In this document: piece by piece, positions 1-10,963 of the stretch
Numbering within the stretch: the first letter of the stretch is position 1
Layout: each line of letters opens with the position of its first letter
Source: an uncultured Candidatus Pelagibacter sp.
GTDB taxonomy: Bacteria; Pseudomonadota; Alphaproteobacteria; Pelagibacterales; Pelagibacteraceae
Length of the DNA stretch: 64,000 bases
Direction: 5' to 3'
Assembly: GCA_964465855.1 (NCBI GenBank)
Contig: CAYXLK010000001.1
Location: forward strand, 3,600-67,599
Notes under the pieces: model-generated
The model's database searches: none
What the model saw: the letters and a program-made list of their open reading frames with translations, nothing else
What the model was told of the DNA's origin: nothing
Program-made: the position numbers and the translations under genes

Positions 1-219
1 GAGGGCTTTTCAAAAGATATTTTAGATAAAATCGGAGAACCTTACATTAGGTCAAAAGAAAAAAATTATAATAATAAATCAGGTCTAGGACTTGGGATCT
101 TTATAGGTGGAACTTTATTGGAGAGAAATTTTGCGAAAGTAACTTGTAGAAACTCTATTACTAGAAATGGTGCAGAAGTAATAATTAGATGGAATAATAA
201 AGATTTATTAGGGCTTTAA
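1..219 (+). CDS. regB: C-terminal fragment of RegB/PrrB-type sensor histidine kinase (5' truncated by window)
   Basis: Frame 1 reads [19 protein letters not shown]...[21 protein letters not shown]...NGAEVIIRW*, the HATPase F and G2 boxes typical of RegB/ActS; stop at 217-219. Not in the ORF track. Confidence 0.75.
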   Translation, partial: EGFSKDILDKIGEPYIRSKEKNYNNKSGLGLGIFIGGTLLERNFAKVTCRNSITRNGAEVIIRWNNKDLLGL

Positions 220-2006
220 TTTAATACTCTATTATCTTTAAACAAATTGCTTAATTCTCCAATCATCACATCACCTAATTCTTGGACATCACTTATTTTG
301 ATAGCTTTATTGTAGTATCTTGAAACATCGTGACCTATTCCTATTGCTAGAATTTCAATATCTTTCTTATTCTCAACAAATTTTACTACTTTTTTTAGAT
401 GTTTTTCTAAATAATCTCCAGAATTAACAGATAAAGTAGAATCATCCACTGGAGCACCGTCAGATATTACCATTAAAATTTTTCTTTCCTCTTTTCTTTT
501 CTTTAATCTACTGTATGCCCACATTATCGCTTCACCGTCTATGTTCTCTTTAAGTACACCTTCTTTAAGCATAAGACCTAAATTTTTTTTTGAATGTCGC
601 CACTGACTATCAGCACTTTTATAAATTATATGTCTTAAATCATTTAATCTTCCAGGATTTTTAAATTTGCCTTTTTTATTCCAAGTTTCTCTTGACTTTC
701 CTCCTTTCCAATTTTTTGTTGTAAAACCTAAAATTTCAACTTTTACAGAGCATCTCTCTAGTGTTCTAGACAATATATCCGCACAGAGTGCTGCGATTGT
801 TATTGGCCTACCTCTCATTGAACCTGAATTATCGATTAAAAGAGTGACAACTGTATCTTTAAATTCAATATCTTTTTCTTTCTTAAAGGATAAAGAGTTG
901 TAAGGGTCAATAATTATTCTTGGCAGTTTAGAACTATCCAAAAGTCCTTCTTCTAAATCAAAATCCCATGAACGATTTTGTTTTGCCATAAGTTGTCTCT
1001 GTAGTTTATTTGCCAATTTAATAATTAAATCTTTAAAATTAATTAGCTGTTGGTCAAGGTTTCTTCTAAGTTTTAATATTTCTTCAGCTTCTTCTAAATT
1101 TTCTGCTTTTTCTACTTCATCAAATTCTCTTGTAAAAATATTATATTCATTATTACTTTTAGTATTATTTAGTTTTTTAACAACATTTTCAGAACTTTGT
1201 TGATCACTTTCTGTATCCAAAAGATGTTCTTCCATTCTAAACTCGCTTACATCTAAATCTGCATCAGATGCAGAATTATTTTCAGTAGCATTTTGTTCTT
1301 GATTTTTATTATTTGACTCATCATTTTGATGATTATTTTGTTCATTATCTTGTTGATTTTCATCGTTTTTTTCTTCCTCGTCTTGTTCTAAAAAATTCAA
1401 TTTATCTAAAATCTCAACAAATCTAGAACTATATAACTCTTGGTCTTCAAGACTATTTTTTAAATAATTTAGATGTTTTCCAAAACTATTCTTAAAATCA
1501 TCTTTCCAAAAACTTAGTATTTTTTCATTCAAAGGATTTGGTTTAATTTCAAGAAAATGTTTAAGCATATAAATTTCAAAAGCCTCTGTGATTGTTGTAT
1601 CTTCTTTTGACTTAAGCTGATCTTTTCTTTTTAAGTTTATTTTATGATTATAATTTTCTATTAAATTTTTACTAACTCCTTTTAAGATTTTAGTTCCAAG
1701 CTTTTCATATCTTATTTTTTCTGAAATATTATATAAAGTCTTCAAAGTAGGTTTAGTTGGTAAGTTTTTTAAATATGTTTTTTTATTTGAAAATTTTCTT
1801 TTTAATGCTTCAGAATCTGTTTCTGCTCTATATTTTAGAAAATCATGTTTACTACTTAAGTTATCTAGTTCAAAAAAATTATAATTTTTAGAACTATTAT
1901 TTTCTTTCTCTAGAATTTTACTATTATTGAAATCTTCAGATATAGCCTTAACTGTAGAAATTAGCGCTTGTTTAAATTTTTCTTTAATATTTTCGTCTTT
2001 TTTCAT
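216..2006 (-). CDS. cobT: CobT-like vWA-domain protein (cobaltochelatase CobT family)
   Basis: Acidic linker followed by vWA MIDAS motif [10 protein letters not shown], plus ENIDGEA and ISDGAPVDD; adjacent to cobS. Confidence 0.92.
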   Translation of the reverse strand: MKKDENIKEKFKQALISTVKAISEDFNNSKILEKENNSSKNYNFFELDNLSSKHDFLKYRAETDSEALKRKFSNKKTYLKNLPTKPTLKTLYNISEKIRYEKLGTKILKGVSKNLIENYNHKINLKRKDQLKSKEDTTITEAFEIYMLKHFLEIKPNPLNEKILSFWKDDFKNSFGKHLNYLKNSLEDQELYSSRFVEILDKLNFLEQDEEEKNDENQQDNEQNNHQNDESNNKNQEQNATENNSASDADLDVSEFRMEEHLLDTESDQQSSENVVKKLNNTKSNNEYNIFTREFDEVEKAENLEEAEEILKLRRNLDQQLINFKDLIIKLANKLQRQLMAKQNRSWDFDLEEGLLDSSKLPRIIIDPYNSLSFKKEKDIEFKDTVVTLLIDNSGSMRGRPITIAALCADILSRTLERCSVKVEILGFTTKNWKGGKSRETWNKKGKFKNPGRLNDLRHIIYKSADSQWRHSKKNLGLMLKEGVLKENIDGEAIMWAYSRLKKRKEERKILMVISDGAPVDDSTLSVNSGDYLEKHLKKVVKFVENKKDIEILAIGIGHDVSRYYNKAIKISDVQELGDVMIGELSNLFKDNRVLN

Positions 2007-2981
2007 TTATATCTGAATATTTACCAAGGATTCTGGCAAATCTTCTCCAAAGCATCTTTGATAGTATTCAGCAATAGTATTTTTTTCTACATCGTCACAT
2101 TTGTTTAAAAATGTTACCCTAAAAGAATATCCTATATCTTTAAAAATTTGACTATTCTCAGCCCAATGTATGACTGTTCTTGGACTCATAACCGTAGATA
2201 TGTCTCCAGCTACAAATCCTTTTCTAGTTAAGGCTGCAACTTTTATCATATTTGAAATAATTTCTTTACCTTTGGCATTATTCATATTTTTGTTTTTAGA
2301 TAAAACTATTTCCATTTCCTTTTCAAGTTCTAAGTAATTTAATGTAGTAATAATATTCCATCTGTCCATTTGTCCTTGGTTTATTTGTTGGGTTCCATGA
2401 TAAAGTCCACTGGTATCACCTAAGCCAATTGTGTTTGAAGTGGCAAATAATCTAAAATATTTGTTTTGTTTTAAAACTTTATTTTTATCTAACAAAGTAA
2501 AGCTTCCTTCAGACTCCAAGACTCTTTGTATTACAAACATTACATCTGGTCTTCCGACGTCATATTCATCAAAAACTAAAGCAACTGGATTCTGAATAGA
2601 CCATGGCAGAATACCTTCTTTAAATTCAGTAACTTGTTTGCCTTCTTTAATTACAATTGCATCTTTGCCAATTAAATCTATTCTACTTATATGGCCATCT
2701 AAATTGACACGAATACATGGCCAATTTAATCTTGCAGCAATTTGTTCTATGTGAGTTGATTTTCCCGTACCATGATATCCTTGGACCAAAACCCTTTTGT
2801 TAAAAGAGAAGCCTGATAAAACTGCTAGAGTAGTATCTCTATCAAACTTATAATCTTTATCAATTTCAGGAACAAATTCGTTTTTTTTTGAAAAACCTTC
2901 AACTTCCATATCACTTTCAATTCCAAAAATTTGTTTAACTGAAAGTTTTATATCAGGTGTTACATTAATATTTGGTGTCAA
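2007..2981 (-). CDS. cobS: CobS MoxR-type AAA+ ATPase
   Basis: Walker [39 protein letters not shown]. Confidence 0.95.
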   Translation of the reverse strand: MTPNINVTPDIKLSVKQIFGIESDMEVEGFSKKNEFVPEIDKDYKFDRDTTLAVLSGFSFNKRVLVQGYHGTGKSTHIEQIAARLNWPCIRVNLDGHISRIDLIGKDAIVIKEGKQVTEFKEGILPWSIQNPVALVFDEYDVGRPDVMFVIQRVLESEGSFTLLDKNKVLKQNKYFRLFATSNTIGLGDTSGLYHGTQQINQGQMDRWNIITTLNYLELEKEMEIVLSKNKNMNNAKGKEIISNMIKVAALTRKGFVAGDISTVMSPRTVIHWAENSQIFKDIGYSFRVTFLNKCDDVEKNTIAEYYQRCFGEDLPESLVNIQI

Positions 2982-3498
2982 TTTTTCCTCTATAAGTATT
3001 TTTAAGTTGAGTATAAGCCAAAGTAATTATCTTTAGTTTTTCCTCAAATTTTTTATTTCCCGCATTCATATCAGGGTGAAATTTTTTAACAAGCTTTTTA
3101 AACTTTTCCTGAATTTTTTTCCATTCAGTTCCTACAGGAACATTAAGAATAGTAAATGCCTGGAAGTCTTGGCTGTTAAATCTAAATTGCTTCATATGAT
3201 CTAAATTTTCAAAATTCTTAAATTTATGTCTCTCATCTTTTAAAGCATTGTTCCAAAGTATTTTGAAAAAATTATCCGAAGAAGCGAAACTTTGTGTGGG
3301 TTTATGCCATACCATATCAGATTTTATGAATTCTATAACCTGCTTATCATTCATTCCTGAAAAATAATTCCAATTTTTATTAAACTCTTTTACATGTTCT
3401 AAACAAAGCATTCTGTATTTATTGCTGTTATCTTTTTCAACTGGAGCTTTAAAATCACCTGCATTTTTACAATTGTTCCATTCACAAATTGTTTTCAT
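2965..3498 (-). CDS. DnaJ-domain protein (C-terminal J domain, N-terminal Cys/His cluster)
   Basis: CEWNNC...[15 protein letters not shown] at N-terminus; HPD motif in C-terminal J domain; conserved bolA-dnaJ-cobS-cobT context. Confidence 0.9.
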   Translation of the reverse strand: MKTICEWNNCKNAGDFKAPVEKDNSNKYRMLCLEHVKEFNKNWNYFSGMNDKQVIEFIKSDMVWHKPTQSFASSDNFFKILWNNALKDERHKFKNFENLDHMKQFRFNSQDFQAFTILNVPVGTEWKKIQEKFKKLVKKFHPDMNAGNKKFEEKLKIITLAYTQLKNTYRGKIDTKY

Positions 3499-3526
3499 AT
3501 TTATTTAATTTATATTGTTTTTTAAG

Positions 3527-3787
3527 ATGGAATTAAATATTCTAATTGAAAATATCAAGTCAAAATTATTAAACAGTTCTTTTGTTGAAAATGTTATTAT
3601 TGAGGATAAAACTTATCTACATGTTAAACATTCTTCACATGATAAAAGTAAATTTCATCTAAAATTAACAATATTCTCAAACGATCTTAAAAAAGCCAGC
3701 AAAATAGATGCAACAAAGAAAATACATAATATTCTACAACATGAAATAAAAAATTATATTCATTCTATACAAATATTATTTAAGTAA
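3527..3787 (+). CDS. bolA: BolA family protein
   Basis: ED-x-x-x-x-HxxH, HLKLTI, IHSIQI; ATG at 3527 preferred to TTG at 3515. Confidence 0.8.
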   Translation: MELNILIENIKSKLLNSSFVENVIIEDKTYLHVKHSSHDKSKFHLKLTIFSNDLKKASKIDATKKIHNILQHEIKNYIHSIQILFK

Positions 3788-4873
3788 ATTTGAATTAATA
3801 AATTTTTTAATTTCTTCAACGTAAAATTGATTGGATATATTTACTTTTCCAATCTTTTTTAAAATTATAAGATTAATTTTTTTAGTGTCATTTTTTTTGT
3901 CGAAAATCATAAAATTCACAATTTTGTTTAAGTGTTTCTTCGAGAAAAATTTATTTAAATCAACGAAACCTAAATTAGATAAATGAGATATTAATAATTT
4001 GTAATCATTATTATTTAAAAAATTAAATTTTTTACTAAATTGTGCAGCAGAAAATATACCATACAAAACAGCCTCACCGTGATTTAATTTTTTTGAGTAA
4101 TTTAGAGTTGCTTCATAAGCATGACCAAATGTATGGCCTAAATTTAAGGTTTTTCTCAAATTTGTTTCTTTCTCATCTTTTTCAATAATTTGTTTTTTTA
4201 TTTTACAGCTTTCAATAATTGCTTTGGTAATAAATTTATTTTCTAAATTCAAAATATTTTTTAAGTTTTTACTTAAAAATAAAAAAAATTTTTTATTTTT
4301 AATTAATGAATGTTTTAATATCTCAGCATATCCACATATAATTTCTCTTTTGGGTAAGCTTTGTAATAATAGTGTGTCAGAAATTACTAAATCTGGTTGG
4401 TAGAAAGAGCCAATTAAATTTTTGCCAAATTTATTATTAACTCCTGTTTTGCCTCCTATTGAGGAGTCTACTTGTGATAGAAGTGTAGAAGGAATATTAA
4501 TAAATATTAATCCTCTTTTATATATACTGGCAGCAAAACCTGCAACATCTCCAGAAATGCCTCCGCCTAAGCATATTATCACATCGTTTCTAGAAAAATT
4601 ATTTTTAAATAATATTTTTAGTATAGAGTTTGCATAAAAAATATTTTTATTTTTTTCTGATGAATTGAAAAAAAAAGTTAATTTTTTTTCACATTTAAAT
4701 TTCGAATAAATTCGTTTAAGAAATTTTTTAGGTACATTTTTATCAACTATTATTAAAGATTTTTTAAAAGAAATTTTTTCTTTTTTAATAATTTTGTTGA
4801 ATTGAGCAATTAAATTATGACCAACATAAATATTATATTTTTTACTTTTAGTATTAATTGGAAGAATCTTCAT
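3776..4873 (-). CDS. aroB: 3-dehydroquinate synthase
   Basis: GGGISGDVAGF, QVDSSIGGKTGVN, LNLGHTFGHA, HGEAV. Confidence 0.97.
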   Translation of the reverse strand: MKILPINTKSKKYNIYVGHNLIAQFNKIIKKEKISFKKSLIIVDKNVPKKFLKRIYSKFKCEKKLTFFFNSSEKNKNIFYANSILKILFKNNFSRNDVIICLGGGISGDVAGFAASIYKRGLIFINIPSTLLSQVDSSIGGKTGVNNKFGKNLIGSFYQPDLVISDTLLLQSLPKREIICGYAEILKHSLIKNKKFFLFLSKNLKNILNLENKFITKAIIESCKIKKQIIEKDEKETNLRKTLNLGHTFGHAYEATLNYSKKLNHGEAVLYGIFSAAQFSKKFNFLNNNDYKLLISHLSNLGFVDLNKFFSKKHLNKIVNFMIFDKKNDTKKINLIILKKIGKVNISNQFYVEEIKKFINSNLLK

Positions 4874-5375
4874 TTGCTAATAATTCTAATATACTTCTTA
4901 TGATTTCATTTATATTCTTGTTTTCACAGTTTACTTTAAAATTAGAAAGTTTATAAAATTCTATTCGTTTTCTATAAAGATTTTCAAGATCTTTATCATT
5001 TAATTTTAACGCTAACGGTCTTTTATTATTTTTTGATATTCTATCTAAAATAGTCTTAATTTTCCAGTTTAACCAAAAAGAATAACTATTTTTTTTGATT
5101 TTTTTTCTTATATCTTCATTAAGGAATGCGCCTCCACCAAGAGAAATAACACAGTTTTTTTTTTCTAAAAAAACTAAAGCTATTTTTTCTTCAATTTTTC
5201 TGAAGTAGCCCTCTCCTTTGTTTTGAAAAATATTAGTAATTTTTTCATTTTCTGATTTTTCAATTTCTGTATCAATATCAAAAAAATTATAATTTAGCTT
5301 TTTGGCTAGTTTAAAACCAATAGTGGTTTTTCCAGCTGCCATCATACCAATTAATACTATATTTTTTTTAAACAT
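4854..5375 (-). CDS. aroK: Shikimate kinase
   Basis: GMMAAGKTTIG, GEGYFR, SLGGG, RPL. Confidence 0.96.
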   Translation of the reverse strand: MFKKNIVLIGMMAAGKTTIGFKLAKKLNYNFFDIDTEIEKSENEKITNIFQNKGEGYFRKIEEKIALVFLEKKNCVISLGGGAFLNEDIRKKIKKNSYSFWLNWKIKTILDRISKNNKRPLALKLNDKDLENLYRKRIEFYKLSNFKVNCENKNINEIIRSILELLANEDSSN

Positions 5376-5430
5376 TTATTAATATTGAAAAAACATAAAT
5401 ATGTCTTATTTCTAAACTAATTAAACATTT

Positions 5431-5616
5431 ATGGAATTTCAAAGAAAAAATAATAATTCAATTACTGGGAGGCTTAAAGGGCCATTAGTAAAGATAATAT
5501 TTATAATTATAATTTTAATAGGCTTTATATACGCTTTAGGATCTATCAATTTTCCTGCGCCAAATAAAAAAATTGAAAAAATTATACCTAATGAAAATTT
5601 CAAAATTGTTAAATAA
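5431..5616 (+). CDS. Small single-pass membrane protein
   Basis: 61 aa with one hydrophobic segment followed by P..KKIEKIIP; divergent from aroK, a position where alphaproteobacteria carry such a small gene. Confidence 0.7.
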   Translation: MEFQRKNNNSITGRLKGPLVKIIFIIIILIGFIYALGSINFPAPNKKIEKIIPNENFKIVK

Positions 5617-7354
5617 AAAAAATTATCTAATTTTTTTATTTTTTATTTTTTTTAACATCTCATCAGCAAATGAACCAGTTGATATATGGAACATTGATAA
5701 GAGCAAAATTGAATCAAATCAAGATGGTCAAAATGAACCAACTGTTTCTAATGACAAATCAGAGCAATCCATATCAATTTATGATCTGAATAATCAAACT
5801 AAAAATGAAAATCAAAACATAGTTTTTCAAGAAAATAAAATTGAAAATAAAATTTCATTATTTGGGTTATATGATCCAGATGAGAATAATTTATCAATTG
5901 ATATGTGGAAAAATTCTGATGGTGAAGAAATAAAAGAAATTTTCAATAAAATATCTTCACAAAATTTATCTAACGATGCAACAGACATACTTGAAATGGC
6001 TCTTTTAACAAACTCAAATGTTCCTAGTAAAAATATTACAAGGGAAGAATTTTATATTTTCCAAAAAAATTTTTTGATTAAAAAAAACGATTTAAATTTA
6101 ATTAAATTATTTATTGAAAAAAACCCAGATTTTTTTGGAAGAGATGATTTAGTAAATTATTATGTTAATCATTATCTTGCAAAAGCAAATATAGAAAAAA
6201 GTTGTGAAATATTTGATATAATTGATAAAGTGACCAGCGACTATACATCAAAACTTAGAATTTATTGTTTAGTTAATTCAAATCAAATTGAAAAGGCATT
6301 ACTTATTTTTGATTTAAAAAAAGAGATGGGATTGAATGATAGCTATTTTGAAAAAAAAATATTTGAACTTATTGGTCTTGAAATAGAATCCGATAACCAA
6401 ATTTCAGATAAAAATTTGTTGGAATTACATTTATCTCATAGAACTATTGAAAATTTTGATTATGCACCTAATGAAAATACTTCAAAGGATATCTGGAAAT
6501 ATCTTGCATCAACCAATCTACTTGAAAAAATCGAGAATATTGATTTAGAAGATATTGAAAAAATTAAACTAATTGAAAAAGCAACACATGAGAGAAATTA
6601 TGATGAAAATCAATTATTTAATTTATACACAAGATATCAGTTTAGTTTTAATCAGTTATTTACAGCTAAAGATAATTATAAAACTTTAGATAAATCAAGC
6701 CAAAGAGCGCTAATTTATCAAAAAATGCTTTTAACAAATGAACCAAGTGAAAAGTTAGACTTGGCTAGATTATTAAAAAAGTTATTTGAAAATGATGATT
6801 TAGGTAATGCTTTTTATTTTGAACTTTCCAAAACTTTAACTGAAATCGACGCAACAAAAATAATATCAGATTTTACTTCATTTTATCAGAATAATCTTAT
6901 TACTAAAGAGTCTGAAATAAAAAAAATAAAATTTAATAATAAAATTATTCACCAATCTAAATTATTAAACTATTTTATAGAAAATAATGATAACTCTAAG
7001 ATAGAAAAAGAAACAAATGATTTGTTAAAGAGTATTTTAAAAGATAAAAAATATATTATTACTACAAGTGATGAAATATTATTAGAATCCTTTAAATATG
7101 ATGGAATTAAAATATCAAAAAAATTTACAGATCGATATAAACCCAAAGCAAATATACCCCCTGATTTACAAGTTAAAATAAATAATAGAGATTTAGGGTT
7201 AATTTTATTAAGATTTGTTGAAATAATTGGTGAAGATAAATTAGAAGATCTTGGCTCAGAAACTTTAAATTTTATTTTAATTACACTTAATCAGCTAGAT
7301 CTCGATCAAATTAGAAATAAAATTATTTTAAAAACTTTACCAATAAGGGTATAA
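5591..7354 (+). CDS. Conserved exported/periplasmic hypothetical protein
   Basis: Signal-peptide-like N-terminus (FLFFIFFNISSA-NEPVDIW), GLYDP...DMWKNS motif; long uninterrupted ORF. Confidence 0.75.
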   Translation: MKISKLLNKKNYLIFLFFIFFNISSANEPVDIWNIDKSKIESNQDGQNEPTVSNDKSEQSISIYDLNNQTKNENQNIVFQENKIENKISLFGLYDPDENNLSIDMWKNSDGEEIKEIFNKISSQNLSNDATDILEMALLTNSNVPSKNITREEFYIFQKNFLIKKNDLNLIKLFIEKNPDFFGRDDLVNYYVNHYLAKANIEKSCEIFDIIDKVTSDYTSKLRIYCLVNSNQIEKALLIFDLKKEMGLNDSYFEKKIFELIGLEIESDNQISDKNLLELHLSHRTIENFDYAPNENTSKDIWKYLASTNLLEKIENIDLEDIEKIKLIEKATHERNYDENQLFNLYTRYQFSFNQLFTAKDNYKTLDKSSQRALIYQKMLLTNEPSEKLDLARLLKKLFENDDLGNAFYFELSKTLTEIDATKIISDFTSFYQNNLITKESEIKKIKFNNKIIHQSKLLNYFIENNDNSKIEKETNDLLKSILKDKKYIITTSDEILLESFKYDGIKISKKFTDRYKPKANIPPDLQVKINNRDLGLILLRFVEIIGEDKLEDLGSETLNFILITLNQLDLDQIRNKIILKTLPIRV

Positions 7355-7370
7355 ATTAATATATTTTTTT

Positions 7371-7895
7371 ATGGCTATAAGAGAAATATTGACGGAACCA
7401 AATAGAGTATTGAGACAAGCATCTAAACCTGTAGATAAGGTTACTAAAGATGAACAGTCTTTGATGGATGATATGCTAGAAACTATGTATTTCGCAAACG
7501 GAATAGGACTTGCGGCAATTCAAATCGGAGTGCCAAAGAGAATTATAGTGATGGATATTTCTAAAAATGATCAAGAAAAAACCCCAATGTATTTTGTAAA
7601 TCCTGTAATCAAAAATAAGAATAAGAAATTTTCAACATATGAAGAAGGATGTTTATCGGTACCAAACCAATTTGGGGAAGTTGATCGTCCGGCTACCTGT
7701 GAAGTAGAATATTTAGATTATTATGGAAAAAAAAAAATAATTAAAGCTAATGGATTATTAGCTACATGCATTCAACATGAAATGGATCATTTAGAGGGAA
7801 TATTATTTATCGACTATCTTTCAAAATTAAAAAAGTCAATCATCGTAAAGAAACTTTCTAAACAGAAAAAAAGTTCCAAAACTTTAGTTATTTAA
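7371..7895 (+). CDS. def: Peptide deformylase
   Basis: GIGLAAIQIG, EGCLS, QHEMDHLEG. Confidence 0.98.
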   Translation: MAIREILTEPNRVLRQASKPVDKVTKDEQSLMDDMLETMYFANGIGLAAIQIGVPKRIIVMDISKNDQEKTPMYFVNPVIKNKNKKFSTYEEGCLSVPNQFGEVDRPATCEVEYLDYYGKKKIIKANGLLATCIQHEMDHLEGILFIDYLSKLKKSIIVKKLSKQKKSSKTLVI

Positions 7896-7898
7896 TTA

Positions 7899-8828
7899 AT
7901 GCAACGAAAAATTGCTTTTATGGGAACACCAAATTTTGCAGTTCCTATTCTAAAATATATTTACCAGAATGGCTATGAAATCTCAGCAGTTTATACACAA
8001 CCTCCAAAAAAATCTAATAGAGGACAAAAAATTGAAAAATCACCCATACATTTATTAGCTGAAACTTTAAACCTTAATATTAGAATTCCAAATCAACTTA
8101 AGAAAAATCATGTAGAGTATGAGTATATAAGAAATTTAGATTTAGATTTAGTCATTGTAGTTGCATACGGACAGATTATACCAAAAAATTTTTTATCTTT
8201 AAGTAAAGGAGGTTTTATAAATCTTCATGCGTCCATACTTCCCAGATGGAGAGGTGCAGCACCAATTCAAAGATCTATAATGAATCAAGATAAAGAGACT
8301 GGTATTAGTGTAATGAAAATTAATGAAAAATTGGATGAAGGAGATATTTCTCATATTTTTAAAATAAATATTACAGAAAATGAAAATGCTCAGAGTTTAA
8401 GTGAAAAACTTTCTACTTTAGCGTCCCATAACATTTCAGATATAATAGATAGTATTTTAGATAAAAAAATTAATTTTAAACCGCAGGATCATTCGAAAAC
8501 TACATATGCAAAAAAAATTATTAAATCAGAAGGATTAATCGACTGGAATGATACTGCAGAAAATATTATTGGAAAAATAAATGGATTATATCCATACCCA
8601 GGTGGATATTTTTTATTTAAAGGAGAAAGATATAAAATTTTAAAAGCAGAAAAATATTTTTCTAAAGAAAGTCCAGGAAAAGTTTTAACAAATGATCTTG
8701 AAATTAGTTGTGGTACTAATTCAATTAAAATTTTAGAAATTCAAAGAGAAGGAAAAAAATCTCAAAAAATCAATGAATTTTTACCGGGTTCTCAAATTCA
8801 AAAGGGAACCAAATTGTCAGATGTTTAG
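7899..8828 (+). CDS. fmt: Methionyl-tRNA formyltransferase
   Basis: FMGTPNFA, NLHASILPRWRGAAPIQ. Confidence 0.97.
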   Translation: MQRKIAFMGTPNFAVPILKYIYQNGYEISAVYTQPPKKSNRGQKIEKSPIHLLAETLNLNIRIPNQLKKNHVEYEYIRNLDLDLVIVVAYGQIIPKNFLSLSKGGFINLHASILPRWRGAAPIQRSIMNQDKETGISVMKINEKLDEGDISHIFKINITENENAQSLSEKLSTLASHNISDIIDSILDKKINFKPQDHSKTTYAKKIIKSEGLIDWNDTAENIIGKINGLYPYPGGYFLFKGERYKILKAEKYFSKESPGKVLTNDLEISCGTNSIKILEIQREGKKSQKINEFLPGSQIQKGTKLSDV

Positions 8829-9561
8829 ATATCAAATAATCATTGAGTACGACGGCACCAATTTTATTGGATGGCAGTCACAAACAAATGGAAAGTCTAT
8901 TCAAAAAGAAATTGAAAAAATTTTATCAAAAATATTGAAGGAAGAAATTAGAATTTATGGTTCTGGTAGAACAGATGCCGGTGTTCATGCAAAAAATCAA
9001 TCGGCACATTTTGACTATGAAAATAATATATTTAATAAATATAAATTTATTTCTTCATTAAATTATTTTTTAAACAAAAAAGATATTTCAATAAAAAAAA
9101 TTATTAAAAAAAATCTTAAGTTTCATGCAAGATTTTCAGCAAAAGAGAGAGAATATGAATATGTAATACTTAATCGTAATGCTTTACCAGTACTTGATAA
9201 AAATAAAGTTTGGCACTTAAGATCTAAACTCGATATAAATTTATTAAAAAAAGCATCAAAAAAATTAGTTGGAACGCATAATTTTAATGCATTTAGATCA
9301 TCTAACTGTCAAGCTAGTTCTCCGGTCAGAACTCTAAAAAAAATAAAAATAACAAAAAAAAATGAAAAAATATTATTTGCTTTAAATTCGCAATCTTTTC
9401 TAAAAAATCAAGTCAGATCAATTATTGGATGTTTAAAATATATTGGTGAAAAGAAATGGAAAATTAAAGATTTAGAAAAGGTTTTAAAATCAAAAAATAG
9501 AAAGTTTTGCGCTCCACCAGCTCCCGCCCAAGGATTATATCTTTCTAAGATCATCTATTAA
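8821..9561 (+). CDS. truA: tRNA pseudouridine(38-40) synthase
   Basis: YDGTNFIGWQ, GRTDAGVHA, FHARFSA, GLYL; ATG at 8821. Confidence 0.97.
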   Translation: MFRYQIIIEYDGTNFIGWQSQTNGKSIQKEIEKILSKILKEEIRIYGSGRTDAGVHAKNQSAHFDYENNIFNKYKFISSLNYFLNKKDISIKKIIKKNLKFHARFSAKEREYEYVILNRNALPVLDKNKVWHLRSKLDINLLKKASKKLVGTHNFNAFRSSNCQASSPVRTLKKIKITKKNEKILFALNSQSFLKNQVRSIIGCLKYIGEKKWKIKDLEKVLKSKNRKFCAPPAPAQGLYLSKIIY

Positions 9562-10009
9562 GTTCAAAATTTTTTTTCACTCGCCATCTAGATTCTTGTC
9601 TAACAATATATCCACAGCAATTTGATGAATTACATTTACATGGATAGTTTTTAAAATCCTGATCAAAACTAAATCCATAATCATATGAGAGCTCTTCTCC
9701 TTTTTTAATATCTTTTACAGATTCAATCCATAACTTTAATCGCTCGCCAATTACTTCACAATTAGGATTACAGGAATGATTTATAAGTCTCGCAGTATTA
9801 AATTTGAAACTTCCATCTAAATCATATCTTTTATTGATTTCAAAAATATAAATTTTTTTTGAATTATCAAATTTAGGATTATTTTCGCTCTCTATTTTTG
9901 AAATTAATTTTCCTTTATATTCAATTATTCTCGTTCCTTTTTTTATATCTTTGGCAGCGACCAGACCTTTATTATCAATGTTTGATTTTTTTATTTTATA
10001 TAAAATCAT
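9551..10009 (-). CDS. SET-domain protein-lysine methyltransferase with post-SET Cys cluster
   Basis: KGLVA, IIEYKG, RLINHSCNPNC, GEELSYDY, post-SET CKCNSSNCCG. Confidence 0.93.
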   Translation of the reverse strand: MILYKIKKSNIDNKGLVAAKDIKKGTRIIEYKGKLISKIESENNPKFDNSKKIYIFEINKRYDLDGSFKFNTARLINHSCNPNCEVIGERLKLWIESVKDIKKGEELSYDYGFSFDQDFKNYPCKCNSSNCCGYIVRQESRWRVKKNFELNR

Positions 10010-10039
10010 TAAGTCTATTTATGGTAATTTTTAAAATTC

Positions 10040-10963
10040 TCAATTGAATTCTAAAAGTGCGTTAACATGCTCATTAGCACTTTCAGATAGGGCATTTAAA
10101 TCATACCCACCCTCTAAAATAGATACGACTTTTCCATTACAAAATTCCTTTGTAGTCTCTAAAGCTCTTCTGGTTATTTCATAATAGTCCTTTGACTCTA
10201 AATTTAACTGACATAAAGGGTCATCTTTGTGAGCATCAAATCCTGCTGACATTAATATAAACTCAGGTCTAAATTCTTTTAATCTTTTAAGCATATGCTC
10301 ATATGCATCAAAATATTGACTAGAGTTAGTTTTAGCGGGTAGTGGAATATTTAAAGCATTATTATGCTCACCTTTTTGATCTTCTGTTCCTCCACCTGGA
10401 TAATATGGATATTGGTGTAAGCTTGAGAAAAAAACATTATCATTTGATTTAAGAATATCATACGTGCCATTTCCCCAATGACAGTCCCAATCTATAACTG
10501 CAACTCTTTTATATTTGTATTTAGAAATTAAATAATTTGCAGCAACTCCAATATTATTTATTACACAGAATCCCATCGCTTTACTTTTTTCAGCATGGTG
10601 TCCAGGTGGACGAGTTACACAGTGTGCTGCACCAAATTCCTTATTTTCAATTCCATCAATTGCAGATATTATTGATCCAACTGCATCAAAAGTTGCCTCC
10701 TTACTTCCAGGTGAAACGACAGTGTCACCATCTAAAAAGACCAACCCTTCCTTTGGGAATGAGTTTTCAACAGTATTTATGTAACTAGAGGAATGAGCTT
10801 GTTTTATAATATCTTTGTTGTAATCAGAAGGGCTTTTCCAAATCAATTTTTTATTTTTTTTTAATGTTTCAATAATAGATGTAACCCTAGAGGCGCTCTC
10901 AGGATGTCCAGGCCCAGTATTATGATTTAATGATGATTTTGATGTAACAATTGCTGTTTTCAT
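10040..10963 (-). CDS. Histone deacetylase-family Zn amidohydrolase
   Basis: HPE, RPPGHHA, GFC, DWDCHWGNGT, SAGFD, LEGGY. Confidence 0.95.
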   Translation of the reverse strand: MKTAIVTSKSSLNHNTGPGHPESASRVTSIIETLKKNKKLIWKSPSDYNKDIIKQAHSSSYINTVENSFPKEGLVFLDGDTVVSPGSKEATFDAVGSIISAIDGIENKEFGAAHCVTRPPGHHAEKSKAMGFCVINNIGVAANYLISKYKYKRVAVIDWDCHWGNGTYDILKSNDNVFFSSLHQYPYYPGGGTEDQKGEHNNALNIPLPAKTNSSQYFDAYEHMLKRLKEFRPEFILMSAGFDAHKDDPLCQLNLESKDYYEITRRALETTKEFCNGKVVSILEGGYDLNALSESANEHVNALLEFN

